Assembly: GCA_036795215.1 (NCBI GenBank)
Contig: DAIRFC010000003.1
Location: 17,600-77,474 of the forward strand
Source: Actinomycetota bacterium
GTDB taxonomy: Bacteria; Actinomycetota; Thermoleophilia; RBG-16-64-13
Direction of reading: 5' to 3'
DNA length: 59,875 nucleotides
The notes beneath the pieces were generated by a model. That model saw only the letters and a list, made by a program, of their open reading frames with translations. It was not told where the DNA came from and did not search any database. This document shows positions 54,330 through 59,875 of the stretch, piece by piece (positions within the stretch are counted from its first letter, which is position 1; every line of letters begins with the position of its first letter). The translations under genes and the position numbers were made by a program.

Positions 54330-55247
54330 ATGCATCTGACTGCCCGGGTCAGGCGGGTCGCCGATAGGCTCTCGCGGCGGCGCTGGATCCAGATACTCAG
54401 CCTGATAGTGCTCAACCCGGTGATACCCAATTTCTTTACCGGGACCATCGTCCAGGCCCGTTCCAAGGGCATCTGCGTGCCGGTGCTCAACTGCTACTCG
54501 TGCCCGGCGGCGTTGGGGGCCTGCCCCATCGGCTCTCTTCAGCACACCTTCGCGGGCATACGCACCCGGCTCTCGCTGGGCGAGCTCCAGCTGGGCCTCT
54601 ACGCGCTGGGCTCCATCGGCATCGTGGGCAGCCTGGTGGGCCGCTTCCCCTGTGGCTGGTTCTGTCCTTTCGGGCTCCTGCAAGAGTTGCTCTACAAGAT
54701 ACCCGGTCGCAAGGTCCGGATCCCCAAGATCTTGCGGTATCTGAAGTATGTGGTGCTCGTGCTGACGGTCTTCGTACTGCCGGCTTTGGTGCTGAACGCG
54801 GTGGGGTTCGGCGACACCTGGTTCTGCAAGTGGATATGCCCGGCAGGCACTCTGGAGGCCGGCCTGCCGCTGGTAGCCGCCAATGCCGGCATCCGGGGGA
54901 TGGTGGGGCTGCTCTTCGTATGGAAGGTGGCCCTGCTGGTGCTGTTCTTGCTCTGGATGATCGTGAGTTACAGGCCGTTCTGCCGCACGATCTGTCCCTT
55001 GGGGGCTCTGCTTGGCCTGTTCAACAAGATCAGCTTCCTTCGGCTCAAGATCGACCAGAGCCACTGTACCTCCTGCGGCAGCTGCAGCCGTGCCTGCCCG
55101 GTAGAACTGGATGTCCCCACGCAGGCCAATAGTCCGGAGTGCATCCGCTGCCTAAAGTGCGTGAAGGCCTGCCAGGTCGGCTGTCTCGACTATCAGTTCC
55201 CTCTACATGAGAGCCGCCCCGAGCCGGCGGGCGACCCCGAGATCTGA
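54330..55247 (+). CDS. Membrane-bound polyferredoxin (NapH/COG0348-like 4Fe-4S binding protein)
   Basis: Repeated CxxxCP(x)G motifs in TM context (CYSCPAALGACPIG, CGWFCPFG, CKWICPAG, CRTICPLG). Also a C-terminal CTSCGSCSRACP...CIRCLKCVKAC. Confidence 0.8.
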   Translation: MHLTARVRRVADRLSRRRWIQILSLIVLNPVIPNFFTGTIVQARSKGICVPVLNCYSCPAALGACPIGSLQHTFAGIRTRLSLGELQLGLYALGSIGIVGSLVGRFPCGWFCPFGLLQELLYKIPGRKVRIPKILRYLKYVVLVLTVFVLPALVLNAVGFGDTWFCKWICPAGTLEAGLPLVAANAGIRGMVGLLFVWKVALLVLFLLWMIVSYRPFCRTICPLGALLGLFNKISFLRLKIDQSHCTSCGSCSRACPVELDVPTQANSPECIRCLKCVKACQVGCLDYQFPLHESRPEPAGDPEI

Positions 55248-58062
<2,815 letters not shown>

Positions 58063-58125
58063 GTCGCAGCCGCCGTGGTGGGCCGGATCCCGGCCGGGCA
58101 GGCCATGACTGCGAAAGGGGAGGAC

Positions 58126-58641
58126 ATGCCGGATCAGCCGTTGGTGGGCGTCTTGATGGGCTCGCAGTCCGACGCTCACGTCATGGACGACGTGGCTACG
58201 GAATTAGAGGCCCGGGGTATCGCGTGCGAAGTGAGCGTGCTCTCGGCTCATCGCAACCCGGAGGCGGTGCGTGAATACGCTCTGACCGCCGAGGCCCGGG
58301 GTCTGAAAGTGATCATCGCCGGAGCCGGCAAGGCCGCCGCGCTGGCAGGGGTCGTGGCTTCGATGACCGATCTGCCCGTGATAGGCGTGCCCATGCGCAC
58401 CACCGACTTGGGCGGGCTTGACTCGTTACTCTCCACGGTGCAGATGCCGCCCGGCGTGCCGGTGGCCACCGTCGCCATCAACGGAGCCCGCAATGCCGCC
58501 ATCCTGGCCGCGAAGATACTGCGCATCGCCGGACTGGCGGATACGGCCGCCGGCGCCGCCGCCGGGGGCGCGGCGACGTCTGAGCCCGGCGCGGCCGCGG
58601 CGCCCGCGGCGGGCCCGGCGCCCGAGGGGGCCCCGCGATGA
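58126..58641 (+). CDS. purE: N5-carboxyaminoimidazole ribonucleotide mutase
   Basis: [14 protein letters not shown] and [18 protein letters not shown] motifs. Ala/Gly/Pro-rich C-terminal tail. ATG 58126 follows GGGGAGG. Confidence 0.9.
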   Translation: MPDQPLVGVLMGSQSDAHVMDDVATELEARGIACEVSVLSAHRNPEAVREYALTAEARGLKVIIAGAGKAAALAGVVASMTDLPVIGVPMRTTDLGGLDSLLSTVQMPPGVPVATVAINGARNAAILAAKILRIAGLADTAAGAAAGGAATSEPGAAAAPAAGPAPEGAPR

Positions 58642-59875
58642 TCGAGCGCTACTCCACGCCTGAGATGGCGGCGGTCTGGACCGACGAGGCCCGTATGGCC
58701 GCTTGGCTCCAGGTCGAGCTGGCGGTGTGCGAAGCCTGGACCCGTCTGGGCCGCATCCCCGACGACGCCCTGCTCGAGATCAAGGCCAAAGCCGCGTTCG
58801 ATGTCGACAGGGTCTGCGAGATCGAGCAGACGACGCAGCACGACGTCATCGCTTTCGTCAGTTGCGTAGCCGAGAACGTGGGTGAGTGCTCCAAGTACAT
58901 CCATTACGGACTGACGTCGTCCGACGTGCTCGACAGCGGGCTGGCCTTGCAGCTCAGGGCGGCCGGGGCGCTTCTCGAGGAGGAGACGGTCAAGCTGGGC
59001 CGCATCCTCCAGAAACGGGCCCTGGAGCATCGCGACACCCTCATGATGGGCCGCACGCACGGCGTGCACGCGGAGCCCATCACGTTCGGCATGGTGCTGG
59101 GGCTGTGGGCCTTCGAGGTGCAGCGCGGACTGCGCAGGCTACAGAGGGCGGTACAGCAGGTCGCGGTGGGCAAGATCTCCGGTGCGGTGGGCAACTACGC
59201 CAACGTCGACCCGGAGGTGGAGCGCATCGCCATGTCCGTGCTCGATCTGGGATCGGCTCCCATCTCCACGCAGGTGGTGCAGCGCGACCGTCATGCCGAG
59301 TTCATGGCCGCCTTGGCCCTGCTGGCCGCCACCATCGAGAAGATCGCCCTGCAGGTGCGTCACTACCAGCGCACCGAGGTGCTGGAGGCGGAAGAGTATT
59401 TCGCACCCGGCCAGAAGGGCTCGTCGGCTATGCCGCACAAGCGCAACCCCATCATCTCCGAGCGTCTCTGCGGCCAGGCCCGCGTCATACGAGCCAACAT
59501 GCTGGCCGCCTTCGAGAACGTGGCTCTGTGGCACGAGCGAGACATCAGCCATTCCAGCGTGGAAAGAGTCATCCTGCCCGACAGCACCATCCTCCTGCAC
59601 TACATGCTCAAGAAGGCCTGTTGGCTGGTGGAGAAGTTGAACGTGTATCCGCAGAACATGGCCGCCAACCTGGAGAAGAGCTACGGCCTGCTCTACAGCC
59701 AGCGGGTCCTGCTGGCTTTGGTGGAAGCCGGGATGCTGAGGGACGACGCGTACGCGGTCGTCCAGCGCAGCGCCATGAGGGCCTGGGAAGAGAAGACCTC
59801 GTTCAAAGAGCTCCTCAGAGCCGATGCCGAGGTGATGGACCATCTGGCTGAGGCTGAGCTTGAGGCTTGTTTCGA
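58638..59875 (+). CDS. purB: Adenylosuccinate lyase (3' end off-window)
   Basis: My translation of frame 3 from ATG 58638 reads [14 protein letters not shown]...[11 protein letters not shown]...[10 protein letters not shown]...[11 protein letters not shown]. It is not in the ORF track because no stop lies inside the window. ATGA overlap with purE. Confidence 0.9.
   Translation, partial: MIERYSTPEMAAVWTDEARMAAWLQVELAVCEAWTRLGRIPDDALLEIKAKAAFDVDRVCEIEQTTQHDVIAFVSCVAENVGECSKYIHYGLTSSDVLDSGLALQLRAAGALLEEETVKLGRILQKRALEHRDTLMMGRTHGVHAEPITFGMVLGLWAFEVQRGLRRLQRAVQQVAVGKISGAVGNYANVDPEVERIAMSVLDLGSAPISTQVVQRDRHAEFMAALALLAATIEKIALQVRHYQRTEVLEAEEYFAPGQKGSSAMPHKRNPIISERLCGQARVIRANMLAAFENVALWHERDISHSSVERVILPDSTILLHYMLKKACWLVEKLNVYPQNMAANLEKSYGLLYSQRVLLALVEAGMLRDDAYAVVQRSAMRAWEEKTSFKELLRADAEVMDHLAEAELEACF

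Overview
High-G+C bacterial chromosome segment, roughly two-thirds G+C by hand counts of a few lines and densely coding. Gene content and order suggest an anaerobic, Gram-positive or Actinomycetota-like lineage; this is my inference only. Supporting strings are rsmE-HIT-yqeY-phoH-pgpH-ybeY-dgkA-cdd-like...recO, a UPF0182 protein, rpsF-ssb-rpsR-rplI-dnaB and purA-purD-purE-purB. All calls come from reading the supplied translations and DNA by eye; no searches were run. I saw no rRNA, tRNA, CRISPR array, transposase or integrase.

Main points:
- **PFOR-flavin hybrid operon (19105-27059, minus strand).** A four-subunit pyruvate/2-oxoacid:ferredoxin oxidoreductase (PFOR) operon carries NuoE-like and NuoF-like flavin/Fe-S genes between porA and porB. 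PorB is the C-terminal domain of a 1028-aa fusion with a 2Fe-2S domain, a GltD-like NAD(P)H flavoprotein and 4Fe-4S domains. This looks like a PFOR wired directly into a bifurcating Bfu/Stn-type module.
- **Candidate selenoprotein (47609-48193).** A lipoprotein-type redoxin has an in-frame TGA exactly where the first Cys of its CxxC motif should be.
- **CTG start codons.** phoH, ykoD and rpsF appear to start at CTG. Two of them sit in CTGA stop-start overlaps.
- **AmmeMemoRadiSam-type cluster (33542-36894).** It is translationally coupled to a PHP phosphoesterase and a small Arg-rich protein.
- **Stress operon.** hsp20-lon-archease-rtcB are tightly coupled.
- **Thiamine salvage operon.** A TPP riboswitch controls thiN-ykoFEDC, divergent from the TPP-dependent PFOR operon.
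- **Decayed and accessory stretch (10.3-14.9 kb).** It holds a 44-bp tandem repeat, a frameshifted vapC, gene fragments and a lower-G+C DUF169+cupin island.
- **Unlisted small gene.** A 44-codon CXXC ORF lies beside a membrane polyferredoxin.
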